The notes beneath the pieces were generated by a model that searched no databases, was not told the DNA's origin, and saw only the letters and a program-made list of their open reading frames with translations. DNA of 64,000 nt from Eledone cirrhosa (Eukaryota). The position numbers and the translations under genes were made by a program. The stretch lies in the NCBI GenBank assembly GCA_964016885.1, contig OZ024740.1:372000001-372064000 (forward strand). Reading direction: 5' to 3'. Below, one piece after another: positions 1 to 13,388 of this stretch; positions within the stretch are counted from its first letter, which is position 1; each line of letters starts with the position of its first letter.

Positions 1-2
1 TA

Positions 3-61
<59 letters not shown>

Positions 62-550
62 TCTCTCGTGCTATGAGGCACCATACGTTTTCCCTGATGT
101 CACCCCAAATTCTATGTGTTTTGAAGCTTAACAGTTATAAATTAAAGTTTTATCTCTCGTCTCTTACTCCACTGGAAAGCGTTTGTTTTCTGTCAGACGC
201 TTAGACGTGGCATGGACCAACAGTAACATTGGTAGGGGTTGAAACTGCGCACGCCCATCTCAACGGCCGATGACCATGGAGTTCTGTGCCCTTCGTTTGT
301 ATTTTTATTTTTAAAAAAAATTGTTTTAAGGTTTCCCCTTAAAAAAATTGTTTTTTGTATTGTTTCTGTCGTTGTCTTGTCCTCTCTTTGTTAATTTTCT
401 TTAGTATATTTAAATATATAGTTTATGTAGCAATTTTGTTGATTACAGAAGGAGGTATCTATATGAGCACTCTATGCTATAGCTGTGACAAGGCTGGCTG
501 GTTCATTGCAGATACATTCCTTTCTACGAGATTCTAAACTACTGGGTCAA

Positions 551-620
<70 letters not shown>

Positions 621-666
621 TAACAGATTAAAGTTTTAGCAAAGAATCGCTGCTTTCACCCTTAAT

Positions 667-1008
667 GGAATTCCAACTTTGTCTGATTTACTCGTTTTAT
701 TTACAATCCTTTAAAATTATAATGATATTATAATGAAATAGTATGGTAGAATATTAAATGTTAAATGTTAATTGAAGAAGTACTTTCCTGCTTTCGCAAT
801 CCTCAGGATCATATTCAGTGGTGACACTGAAAAAATTGCAAACTTGACTGTTACCACTGAATATGAATCTGAAGATTACGAAAGCATGAAAGTACTTGTT
901 CAATTAACATTTAACATTTAATATTCTACCATACTATTTCATTATAATATCATTATAATTTTAAAGGATTGTAAATAAAACGAGTAAATCAGACAAAGTT
1001 GGAATTCC
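667..1008. repeat. ~160-bp inverted repeat (fold-back) with ~20-bp spacer
   Basis: 667-826 (ggaattccaactttgtctg...cagtggtgaca) is the near-perfect reverse complement of 849-1008. Confidence 0.9.
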
Positions 1009-1048
1009 TTTTATTAATATAATCTTCTATACACAATCATACACACCC

Positions 1049-1106
<58 letters not shown>

Positions 1107-1114
<8 letters not shown>

Positions 1115-1826
1115 TGAGTTAAGAACTCAGTAGTTGTTGACAAATTAGTGATCCTTTCACGTCTAAAAATATTAGAGAATGAATTGTGTACGATATGAAT
1201 TATCGCACGTGTCATTCGGAACACAGCTTGTTTCGAAATTCCCTGCCGCTAAAAATAGCAGCCTGGCTGACAGGACATTAAAAATTAGCACTACATGATG
1301 GAGCCGACAAATATATATTGAGTTAAGAACACAGAGTAGCCTCTTACAATTAAATAGCTCTAAGAAAAAAGCTTTTCCGAGCCGTACAATATAATTGAAC
1401 AAACAAGAGAGATGAACACTAATATAAACATACATGTGTTCGAATCGTAAGGATCAAATTTGCTAGGGTGAAAAAACACTAACTACAGCAATATGGTTTG
1501 TTATCCACAACTTTAAATATTAAACTAAGAAAAATTAAGAAAAATAACCGACCTATATTGGGAAAAATGCCTGGTAACAACTAGAAAGTATTGGAGACTG
1601 TTCGCAACGACTTATTAAGTGAAGTTCTCACGTTTCTCTGCTCCTCTGTAGTTGCTGAGAAATTAGTGATCCTTTCACTTCTAAAAATATTAGAGAATGA
1701 ATTGTGTACGATATCAATTATCGCACGTGTCATTCGGAACCCAGCTTGTCTCGAAATTCCCTGCCGCTAAAAATAGCAGCCTGGCTGACAGAACATTAAA
1801 AATTAGCTCTACATGATGGAGCTAGA
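1107..1826 (-). mobile_element. ORF-less partial-tandem element (~518-nt unit) with a degenerate hammerhead, pLTR/retrozyme-like
   Basis: 1131-1305 is repeated at 1649-1823. Bounded by (TA)n. Minus strand 1576-1656 reads agcaacta-CAGAGGA-gca..tgc-GAAc-agt..act-ttc-tagttgtt. Homologous to 1895-2601 and 17230-17560. Confidence 0.65.
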
Positions 1827-1837
1827 CAGTATTGGAG

Positions 1838-1894
<57 letters not shown>

Positions 1895-1900
<6 letters not shown>

Positions 1901-2601
1901 TAATATAAAAGAAAAAAGAACACAGACATATACATATATGTGTTCAAATCGTAAGGGACCTGATTCGCTAAGGTGAAAAGAATACAAACTATAGACAATA
2001 GGGTTCGCTTGTCTCAATTTAAGAACAAATTAAGAAAATATATACAAACCGGAATTGTGGTAACTACCAATCACCCAGACAACCTGTTGTTGTTTCGCAA
2101 AGTTAATTGTGAATAGAAATACCAATCCAAGCTCTTCAGTGGGTGATGAATTAGTATCCTAGATACATCTAAAGTATGCTATATATAAAATACATAAAAT
2201 ACCGCACATGGCATCCTACCGTGTCTCATAAACCGACACCACTAAAAATAGCAGCCAGGTTTACTCGACATTTGAAATAGCTCAATAAATTAATGGAGCC
2301 GAAAATATCAAAGGTATATATTGAGTTAGGAACTCAAAATAGTCTCTTACAATAAAATAGCTCTAAGAAAGAGATATTTCTGAGCCGTATATTATAATAT
2401 AAAAGCAAAAGAAAACACAGACGTATACATATATGTGTTCAAATCGTAAGGGACCTGATTCGCTAAGGTGAAAATAATACTAACTATAGACAATAGGGTT
2501 CGCTTGTCTCAATTTAAGAAAAAATTAAGAAAATAAATACAAACCGGAATTGTGGTAACTACCAATCACCCAGACAACCTGTTGTTGTTTCGCAAAGTTA
2601 A
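1895..2601 (-). mobile_element. ORF-less partial-tandem element (~495-nt unit) carrying a hammerhead
   Basis: 1901-2107 is repeated at about 2395-2601 (offset 495 at tcacccagac). One complete HHR and a second truncated copy. Confidence 0.75.
2070..2147 (-). ncRNA. Type I hammerhead ribozyme, canonical core
   Basis: Minus strand: atcaccca-CTGAAGA-gc...gc-GAAA-caac(aacag)gttg-TC-tgggtgat. 8-bp stem I, GUC cleavage triplet. Confidence 0.85.
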
Positions 2602-3220
2602 CGAGGAAAATTAATGAGGAAACACATCTGTATATGCAGAACGCCAATACAAACATTTTAATACCACTCCGTATGCAAATGAGATATATCGACTCATAAA
2701 CATAAGCAGAAGAAATCTATAAGATTCTAGCTTATTTTCGCCCCAGTGAAAGCAGGGAGATTTGTTTTCTTGATCACCACTGATACACGAGAAACGATGG
2801 CATTGTCGATTACTTCCTCCTGTTTTTGCTGAGGCTTGGTGTGGGACATTGGTCACAAATTTCAAAATTTATAGCGAAAGGCCTTCAAATGTTTTTCAGA
2901 AACATCCCGTGTATTATTCAATATACAATACGTACATATGTACACCGCTATCTAGGAGCACCAATACAAAACCTATGTATGTATGTATGTATGTATGTAT
3001 GTATGTATGTATGTATGTATGTCATGTATGTATGTATGTATGTATGTATGTATGTATGTATTTATAAATCCATGTATGTATAAATCCATGTATAAATCCA
3101 TACCGGGGTTCTACACGACTGGGGCAGTGATGGTTGTAGGTCACACCTACACACAATACAACATCCCAAAATACAGTTAGATGGATAGAAAGGAGAAAGA
3201 GAAGAATAGATAGATAGAGC

Positions 3221-3269
<49 letters not shown>

Positions 3270-3478
3270 TATGAGAAAAGAAAAGGTGTATATCTAACAA
3301 GAAAGAGTAAAATGCAACACTGTAAAAATATGCAGATGTAGGTAGACGCTCTGGAAATGTAAAGATATTTGACCTAGTGGAAAGACGTTCTCATGAGAGC
3401 TGGACAGGACAGCAGAAGGTCTTCAGAGAAGAAACACCGCCTCAAGCGAGTGTTTCAGCATGTATATATGTATAACAA

Positions 3479-3584
<106 letters not shown>

Positions 3585-3593
3585 ATCTCTTAA

Positions 3594-3793
3594 NNNNNNN
3601 NNNNNNNNNNNNNNNNNNNNNNNNNNNNNNNNNNNNNNNNNNNNNNNNNNNNNNNNNNNNNNNNNNNNNNNNNNNNNNNNNNNNNNNNNNNNNNNNNNNN
3701 NNNNNNNNNNNNNNNNNNNNNNNNNNNNNNNNNNNNNNNNNNNNNNNNNNNNNNNNNNNNNNNNNNNNNNNNNNNNNNNNNNNNNNNNNNNNN
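3594..3793. other. Assembly gap (200 N)
   Basis: Run of N. Confidence 1.
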
Positions 3794-4566
3794 AGGGTCA
3801 AGGCAGGAGGAGGGTTGTGTGTCTGTGTGTGCGGGGAGGTGGTCAGAGAGGCATAGCAGCAGTAGGGTAGAATGGTAAGTGAAGAAAGTCGATGTGTCAG
3901 TGTGTGCGGAGGTGCGGTGGACAGGGGAGAGGATGGGTAGGTGTGAAAGTTGGAGTGATGAGGGGGGTGTGTGTGTATTAGTAGAGGTGTTAGTGGGATG
4001 TGTGAGTATTTGAGAAAGGGTGTGGGTGGAGCGAGGAGAGAAGGGTGTGGGGGCCGATGAAGGGAGTGTAGTGTACTGGTGTGTGTGTGGTGAAGGGGGG
4101 TGTTAGTGGGTGTTAGTATACTGGAGGTGGAGAAAGGGTTGAATGCGGGTGTGAGTGGGGGTCAGTGGTGGTAGGGGTGTGTAGAGTGGGTGGTGTAAGA
4201 GGGTGTGTGTGTTCGTGTGCGTAGGGTTGGGGGGTGTTAGTGATGTTAGTTGCGTGTAGAGTGGGTGGTATAAGTGGGTGTGTGTGTTCGTGTGCTTGGG
4301 GTCAGGGGGTGTTAGTGATGTTAGTTGCGGGATGGTGGGGGTGGATGTGTGGGGGTGAGGGTTAGTGGTGGTAGTAGGGTGTGTGTGTTTAGTGTGAGCG
4401 CGTGTATATATGTACCGGTGGGTATGTGCGTGTGATGAGGAGGGGGGGAGAAGAAGGGAGGGATGTTAGTATGTTAGTTGTGGAAGGGTGGTCGGATGTG
4501 GGGTGGAGGTGTTAGTATTGTTAGTTGTGGGGGTGGGCGGTGAAAAGGAGAGGTGTGTTACTGGTG

Positions 4567-4862
4567 TTAGTGGGGGATATGTGTGGGGGAGGGGGGGCGG
4601 TCGAAGGCTAAAGGAATAAGGGTGGGGAGTTCAGGCCGGGGGGAGTGTGGGTCTGTAGGGTGAAAAATGGTTCGTTGTTCGACCCTTAGGAGATTGGCGG
4701 GTGTTCCGTGGCATTGGAGTAGGCCACAGACTGTGAGGTGGTGTGCGGAATGTCCAGGGGCACCAAAGTGGCGGGCGATGGAGGAACTACCACCGAGACG
4801 AATATCCCGGAGGTGCTCAGTAAATCTGTCCGCCAGGCGACGTCCAGTCTGTCCGACCCGTA
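4567..4862 (-). pseudogene. 5'-truncated Penelope-like GIY-YIG endonuclease fragment (different lineage from the other PLEs here)
   Basis: VGQTGRRLADRFTEHLRDI...IARHF..PGHS..HLTVCGL...EQRTIF is a typical PLE C-terminal GIY-YIG. Followed by a C-rich (G-rich on +) tail at 3794-4566. Confidence 0.8.
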
Positions 4863-5052
4863 TTTTGTTTAATTTCATTGTTTTTACTATTTGTATTATA
4901 TATATATACAGAGAGATAGATAGATAGATAGATGAATATTTATTCAGTTATATATAAATACATACACCCTGCTCTTCTATGCAATCAAACATACATCTCT
5001 TTCTCTCTCTCTTAATTTCTCTCTCTTATCTAACTATCTATCTATCTATCTA

Positions 5053-5117
<65 letters not shown>

Positions 5118-6583
5118 CATATTATCTCAGATCATGCTATTTTTTAAATTCTTTTTTCCACTTATTTAATATTTATTGATTTGATTACTTCTATTATATA
5201 TCAATATTTTTATTACATTTTCACATTGTTATCATATTTTTTCTATTTCTAAATTTTCTGATATCATTTTTTTTTTCTTGAAATCCGATTTACTTAATAT
5301 TTACCGTTAAATTCATTTTTAAATGTTGTTTCATATAATTAAATTATTTCATATTTACTGATTTTATATTTTTCTTGAGAATAGTGCGAAAGTCTACAGC
5401 CGTATTCTAATATTTCGTATCATGTTACTTAGTTAAATTAAGTGGCAAGATATATCGAGAACAATTCGGTTTCTTTTAATAAATTATCTTAACACTTTTA
5501 TTAAGTTGAAAGAAATCAATAATTCCAAACTGCAATACGATAGATTACATGGAACCAAGATTTCGAAATTCTTATTGATGTCATGGCACTTTACTAATTA
5601 CGGTTAACGTTCTCAAGACAGAAAGGAATAACATTAAAAAAAATATTTCCCTTCATTATAAAATAAAACGAATTACTGTGGAACTTAAAACTAGACGCCG
5701 CACGACGAAGAAACTATGATGCATATAATCATAAAATAACGCACGGGGTTACAGAAGGCGATTTTGTTTAGTGCAGTAAAGAAAACAGTACATCTAAATT
5801 CATACTAGTATATAATCAATCTATTTTAATGTATTGCTGTAAAGCTACAGATCGTTCAATAGGTTTCTTAAGTTCAGTGGTTAAAAAAGCGAAATTAGAC
5901 AAAAAACAAAAAACAAAAAAAAAACAAGACCTAAACAAATACAAATAAAGATACCTCATACTTGATAAACAACAAACAAATAATAGACACAAAACGATCG
6001 AAAGTATTATGCAATTTAAACTCTGCTATTTATTTTATCAGCAATGATACGCTGCGTAAAATCTACTATTGCCAATAAGAACCGTTTGATTTCATTAAGA
6101 ATCTTTGGGAAGATATAAGAGATAAAACTACTTATTACTATGCAAGTGTAAGAAATCATTAATATAACATTATTTGTGTGTTACTATTTGCGTTATAACT
6201 ATTTGTTTTCACATATATCTTATCGCCAAAATATATTATCCGCTTTTAATTTTTCATCCCATTGGCACCAGTTTTACAATTGATGCCAATTCAAGAAGAC
6301 TATATGGAAGTGAATTTTAGTAAAGTTCTATTTTATATTTAGATTACTTTCTTGTTTAACTACAAGCTCTTTAGAAAACCAAAACCAACACTAAAAAGCC
6401 TAACTCAGAAAGACATAAAAACCGAATGTAATTAGATAACGAAAATAGATGAACTGCACTAAAACATGCTCAAACACGCACATACAAAAGCACAAGTAGA
6501 CGCACACTGAAACACATGACCATGTTACCGAAGATACACACGCATATATGCAAACAAATAAGTGCCCAAACTTTTGTTCATCA

Positions 6584-6584
<1 letters not shown>

Positions 6585-6674
<90 letters not shown>

Positions 6675-6978
6675 CATACATATATATACACACATATATA
6701 TATATATATATATATAAATACACATACATACATATATATACACATACATATATATATATATATACATCCATATATATATACATACACACATATATATATA
6801 TATATGTGTGCGTGTATATATATATATATTTATATGTATATGTATATATATACATGCATATATATATATATATGTATGTATTTATGTTTATATATATATA
6901 TGTATATACACACACATATATATACATATATATATATACATATATATATAATATATACATATATATGTAATATACACA

Positions 6979-7076
<98 letters not shown>

Positions 7077-7160
7077 CATACATATATATATATATATACA
7101 CATATATATATATATATACATACATATATATATATATACATACATATATATATATATACG
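6585..7160. repeat. Compound (CA)n/(TA)n microsatellite, representative of dozens in the window (e.g. 15472-15994, 17766-18150, 60925-61186)
   Basis: Direct reading; source of the YI/CV/HT-repeat ORFs. Confidence 0.98.
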
Positions 7161-7219
7161 CGTATATGTGTCTCTCTCTGTCTCTGCGTGTGTGAGTGTG
7201 TGTCACTGTATCCTTGTTT

Positions 7220-7294
7220 GTATACGCTGTATACGCTGTATACGCTGTATACGCTGTATACGCTGTATACGCTGTATACGCTGTATACGCTGCT
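7220..7294 (+). repeat. 9-bp minisatellite (TATACGCTG) x ~8
   Basis: Direct reading. Confidence 0.95.
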
Positions 7295-7525
7295 ATAAAT
7301 AACTATAAGAAAATAACTATTGTGGACAGAAAGGTATTCTTTCTCTGCTGATAGACTAGCGAGACTAAAGCCTAAAACTTTCTGAGATTAATCGATATTC
7401 ATGTTTCGGGGCAGATAAATCGTGGGTGTAAAAACTTGTTTACTTCTCATATCAGCACTAAATTCCATATGTGCATTAAGACTACTTTCTAATTCCATCA
7501 ATCTATCCATATATATGTATCCGTC

Positions 7526-7578
<53 letters not shown>

Positions 7579-7598
7579 GAAAATGAAAGGTATAGAAA

Positions 7599-7688
<90 letters not shown>

Positions 7689-7741
7689 ATCTATATGTAT
7701 ATATATATATATATCTCCATCTATATGTATACGTCTATATG

Positions 7742-7773
<32 letters not shown>

Positions 7774-8866
7774 CGTGTATGTATACAAACTCCCACACAC
7801 ACACATATATATATATATGTGTCTGTGTATGCTTGTGTGTATATACATTTATGTATACATATGTACATCAACCCATTATGCATATATAAACACACATAAT
7901 TATTGAGTATATACAAAAACACACTCATAGGTACACATGCACAAACACACGCGCACATGTACACACGTATGAACGCATACGTTCATGCGTTTGGCATTAA
8001 TATGAACACATTCTTGAACTGATGAACTGTAAGGATGAAAGTGGCGAGAATTAAAAGAGAGAAATCGACGAGATAATATAAGGAAGGAGAGAAAGAGATA
8101 CAAAGACGAAATTGTATAGAAGAAAGCAAGATGGCAATAAAATTTGAAAGTAAGTTATAATGGAAAATTTCTATTCTAGATACATTTGAATCAGTGTTTT
8201 TGTCTTTAAAATTATCAAAAATAACAAGATCGTTTATATACAAAATCATAAAAAAAATTAAATGGAAATATAAAAAATAGATAACACCGATAACAAACAA
8301 AACCAGAATAACACTAATACTTAAAACAACAAATAAACAACACAACAACAGTAATAAGCAAAGATTAACCACAATATCATATTTTTAGTTTCTTCTTAAT
8401 GAAAATATTTGAACTCTCAAATAAAGCTATAAAATAATCCATAAAAAATATATAAAATGGAGCTAAACTTTTAATGGCAACCAAGAATATATAGTTAAAA
8501 ATCAATAGTATATATTTACATGTGAAATTGGGCGTTCTACAATTTCATTAGACGTAAGAAATGCTAAAGTCGGATTATACAGCATTTGAAACTTGAAATG
8601 AAAATGCATTATTAAATTACGTAACAACAGAAAGAGAAAGAGCGAAATATAGGCAATGAACAATAAACACAAAACTAGAAAAAATGGTGCGAAAACAAAG
8701 GAAGGTAAAATTTAAGGAAAAAGTATATAAAAACAAAACAAAAAAAAGAGCCTAACATGAAGGTAAACGTAAAGTAATTTTAACAATAAACATTACCCAA
8801 CATATAAGTAAAATGGGACAGGAAACTTGAAATTGCATAGCACAATAGAAGTATCAAATGTAAATA

Positions 8867-8906
<40 letters not shown>

Positions 8907-8940
8907 TTTTGTTAATATTTTGAATTAATATTAATAAATG

Positions 8941-9042
8941 TTTCTACTTTTGGCACAAGGCCAGCAATTAATCAGTGCATTACTGGCACTTTATTTTATC
9001 GACCCCGTAAGGATGAAAGGCAAAGTTAACCTCGGCGGGATT
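8941..9042 (-). mobile_element. SINE 3' fragment (same family as 47796-48172)
   Basis: Reverse complement of cccgccgaggttaactttgcctttcatccttacggggtcgataaaataaagt..gctggccttgtgccaaaagtagaaa. Confidence 0.8.
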
Positions 9043-9796
9043 TAATATTAATAACTCTGGAAAACCAAATCTTTTGAGTGCTTCCAATCTATTGTAAAAC
9101 TCATTCTTTGATTTATTCATTGAACCTTGTTTAACCTTTAAATATATATATATAAAAGACTTTGTAAGTGAATAATAATATCATAATATTAATATTTGAT
9201 TCGTTTGCAAGGAAACAGCCTCACAATGCCATGTGTTTAAGAGAGCTACTATCATCCTTCCTTTTGTTCCAGCGGTAGCAGAAAGAAAAACAATCTACAA
9301 TTGTTTCGAGGTTATTGTCCTCTATCAAGATTGTGTATTTATCCCATTTCTGCTACACACTGTAACTCTTGAGAATATATAATCTTCTCTGAAGTATATA
9401 TCGGCTGATTAGAGCGAAAACAAATTTTGTTTGCCCCGGATGGCTGGAATAGGTAAAAGAGTAAAAGAGTAATACACACACACACACACACATTTATCGC
9501 TCGTATACAGGACACTGACTGGCCAGTCTGCTAACATGCAAATCAGGCCGATCAGTCACTTTGTATTTTTGAAAATAGCATATAATTTCACTAGCTCTGA
9601 CAATTTGGCAGGTGAACAGTGAGCTGTACGGATGAAGGCTGATACCCAGAAACATTAGTGTCTGCAGTTCTGTTCACATGCCAACCCAAGAGCAAGAATG
9701 AAGGGTTCATTCTACTAACATGGCTACAAAATTGAGGCTTGTTTGCATAATTGAAAACGAATCGAATGTTATTATTAATATACTGATTACATTTGT

Positions 9797-9833
<37 letters not shown>

Positions 9834-10057
9834 TGCTATATATATATATATATCTCCTTACTTACTATAGTAGTAATTCCGACCTAAGAAACAAATTTGA
9901 TTGACAGGTGGAGAATGAAAAGAACCAAATAGTGGACAACTATGAGTGGCTAGAAATACCGTTGACGTGTACAATTCTTAACCTCTTATACAATGACAAC
10001 AACAGGCGAAGTATATCGATGTAAAAGGGCATAGGAAAATCTGCTTCGTAGACTCAA

Positions 10058-10158
10058 GACGTATCTGAGGTCCTTGCGATTTTCAGAATCAGGTTCGATC
10101 ATCACATCCCATCGATCGAGCCTCTAGCTGGTCGCCAGAGAAACGATTGTAATATGTC
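10058..10158 (+). ncRNA. Hammerhead-like motif with extended stem II (core CUGAGGU)
   Basis: gacgtat-CTGAGGT-[long stem II incl. ggttcgatc/gatcgagcc hairpin]-GAAA-cgattg-TA-atatgtc. 7-bp stem I. Lies in a ~350-bp unit between (TA)n runs. Confidence 0.7.
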
Positions 10159-10200
10159 CAATAAATTGAAGTCGTCTCAACACTGATTTTCTTTTTTTCT

Positions 10201-10245
<45 letters not shown>

Positions 10246-10958
10246 GTTAGACACGCAGTGACTTTCAACAAAATGTTTTAAGTCTGCCTGTCTGACATAT
10301 AAAATAAAAAATTCAAGGGGTTCCGCTGGCCGTGGTGATCTCTGCCAATCATCTTTTGTAATGTATCGTCTTATTGGCTAATTTCATCGTCGTATTGGCT
10401 AATCGACCAGTGAGACTAATTGTTGCTCAAAATCATCTGCCACTTTGTTTGCACGTTTATTTATCGTTTCACTTTCGAATCTTCCTCCTGTATTTCGTCG
10501 TTTATTATCAACATGTTTTTCTCGTTTTGGTAAGTTATATTGTTAATTTATATATGATTTTTTGAATTTATATTAACTATTTTTTTTTCAGTTCATTATA
10601 ACATGCTTATAATATTGATTGTATCATATTTACTTGTATATTTGTCCATATTATTGTTCGTTTTATGTTAGATTATTTTATTATTATTATGTTAGATTAT
10701 TTTTTTTATTATTATGTTAGACTATTTGTATTTAATTTTTATTAATTCACTATAACAATTATTTAATATTGATTGTTTTTTGTAGTTATTTATATTAAAA
10801 GTCTGAAAATATTTTTATACATCTTACAATAATATCTATAAGATCATTTATAAAATAACAATTATATAATCTCATTACATTACAACGATAATTTATTATT
10901 AATATATATCATGTTTAACTAGAGTTATTACAAGCGTTGCCTTAAAAAAATTTATTAA

Positions 10959-11404
10959 ACTAGACGTGAAAAATGCGCAAGCTCAAAAGAGCCACAGAAT
11001 GTTATAATAAACCTTCAAAAGTGTGGGACTAGAGTTGTTGCTAAAAAATATTGTAATTATTATCTATCGTACACTCTGTGGCATCCTTTTATAAAAAAGA
11101 GACTCATAACGAACTCAAAACGACCTGATAATTATTTAAGTGAATTTATAATATAGAATTCGGTTTAAGTGCATTTCGTATTAATCGTTACTAAACATCT
11201 AATATGAGATATTGAACATTAGCTTAAATAATTATCGCGTCGTCTTGAGTTCGTAATGAGTCTCTTTTTTATAAAAGGATGCCACAGAGTGTACGATAGA
11301 TAATGATTACAATATTTTTGAGCAACAACTCTAGTCCCACACTTTTGAAGGTTTATTATAACATTCTGTGGCTCTTTTGAGCTTGCGCATTTTTCACGTC
11401 TAGT
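10959..11404. repeat. ~180-bp inverted repeat, ~80-bp spacer
   Basis: 10959-11140 is the reverse complement of 11222-11404. Ends in (TA)n. Confidence 0.9.
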
Positions 11405-11590
11405 ATATATATATATATATATAATAAATCCTTCGTCGGTTTCAATGATGTGCATTCAATTGTTCGAACAGCCAACTAGTTACTGGTTGAGTGTTTCAAA
11501 GAAATGTGTAGTGTGAACTTAATTTTCAACCCGAATCAGCTTGATGTAACATACTACATTGCTGGATATTTGAATTATAGATACAGTTCA

Positions 11591-11723
11591 TCCGATGGTC
11601 TTCCATACAGTTTCACTCACCGAACTTGTTTATTTAAGAGACTTGTCCAGGAAGCAACGCGGTGAGATTGAAATTGGGACCACATGATTACAAAAGAAGT
11701 GTGTTAAGCACACAACCATGCCT
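11591..11723 (-). mobile_element. Decayed tRNA-derived SINE (second family)
   Basis: Minus strand ggcatggttgtgtgcttaa (A-box-like)...ggtcccaatttcaatctcaccgcgttgcttcctggacaagt (B-box-like region). Confidence 0.55.
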
Positions 11724-12656
11724 TCGTCCAAACACACACACACACATCACGTGCGTGCACACGCACATATGGGCATTAAATGATGATGATAAAATATATA
11801 TTTATATATACACTCACACACAATAGTCTCCATGCTAAATATGGTACGTTGATAAACTTCGCTCACCAATGATTATCTCACCAATAATTATCTCTTACCT
11901 TTCCTTACCAAAGAGCCCAAATAAACCCATGTAAACACAATGTTTGTGATTTCGGTTAAAATAAATATATATATATTTATATCACGTAAATTTAGAGCCA
12001 TTAGACGAATGTTACGCGAGAATAACATACATTGAGCGTGTCATCACGAGTTGGTATTTTAAAAAGATGGTGATATGAATGTTAGTTGTTGATTGTCCAA
12101 CATTGGGTTAACATAGTAGTATATGTTAATTTCTCCCTGCATGCTAGTGGACGTGTTCAGAATATGATAGTTTGCTAAAGATGCTGGTCAAGCAAGCTGT
12201 CAAACCATTCGGACTTTATCTTGATTGATGGATTCATTCGTTGTCATTCTCTACACGACCATTTCTCAGAATCCTACTATTTAATGGTTAGACACAGTTA
12301 TCTCCTTATTGTTTATATTGTTGTGCTTCAGTTGATCAAATGTTCTTTCAATTTATCGCCTTTTCCTTCACTATCTCTTCTACTCTCCCCTCTCCTTCAC
12401 TTTCTCCCCTCTCCTCCTCTCCTTCACTTTCTCCTTCACTCTCTCCTCCACCCCCCTGCCACAGTATCTCTCATCCTCTCTCCTCTCCTTCACTCTCTCC
12501 TCACCCCTCTGCCTCAGTATCTCTCGTCCTCTCTCCTCTCCCTCATCCTCTCTCCCCCGCTTCTCATTTCCTTCACTCTCTCTTCTCCTCTCCCCTCACC
12601 TTCACTCTCTCCTCCTCTCCCATCTCCTTCACTCTCTCTCCTCCTCTCATATTCTC

Positions 12657-12739
<83 letters not shown>

Positions 12740-12880
12740 TTAGGTTAGTAGGAGTTAGGTATTATATACCCGTGTCCCGTTAAGGTATTGGAGCATAATA
12801 ATTAGCTCTATGCTTTGGAGCAGAGCCGTATATATGAAAAAGAACACAAGAGCGTCTACAACATCAAAAGATTTTTATTG

Positions 12881-12927
12881 GCTAACAATGTTTCTTTCTT
12901 ACGTGTAACCGTAGGATTCATCAGAGC
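12881..12927 (-). ncRNA. Minimal type I hammerhead, canonical core
   Basis: gct-CTGATGA-atcctacg(gttaca)cgtaagaaa-GAAA-cattg-TT-agc. Confidence 0.75.
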
Positions 12928-13388
12928 TATAAAAGGGGTTTGATTGGTGTTATGGACTCTACCAACCAAACACCCAAGAACAAAGAGTAAAGAGAGTAAA
13001 GAGCAAAAGTAGGGGACGATAAGTCTAATTTTGGTGCGGGAGGGTGGGGTGTTGGTCCTTGTTTACTAGCTGCGGTAATATTCATTCCCGGGGGTCGGGT
13101 GGTTAGCTGAACCATAGATGGGGTGGCGTGGATAGTATGGTGCAGAGGGTGCGCAGAGGCTACACAAACACAAAGGGCGTAGAATACATATATACATATA
13201 GCGGAGGAGAAGGTACATGAGGTAATTAGACATGGAAAAAGAGTAATAATAATAATCTATAATTAATAGTGTATAATAAGGCATGGGGAAGATTACACTA
13301 TAATAAGGTATAAAGGTAAGAATAAGGTAAAATATAAAGGAGGATAAAAGTGGAAATAATAATAAAGATAAAAAATATAGAGAGAATA

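Noticed and set aside
7390-7460. Possible minus-strand hammerhead (CTGATATGA...GAAAcatg)
   Set aside because: Core has a 2-nt insertion, no UH triplet, poor stem I.
6400-7964. Long YI/CV/HT-rich ORFs here and at 15.4-18.3, 39.2-43.8 and 60.9-61.2 kb
   Set aside because: Translations of (TA)n/(CA)n microsatellites.
5380-8900. A-rich stretches (5380-6390, 8050-8870) possibly from very old LINEs
   Set aside because: No motif could be read with confidence by eye; needs a translated search.
12221-12783. Leu/Ser/Pro-rich ORFs
   Set aside because: Degenerate CT-rich simple repeat.
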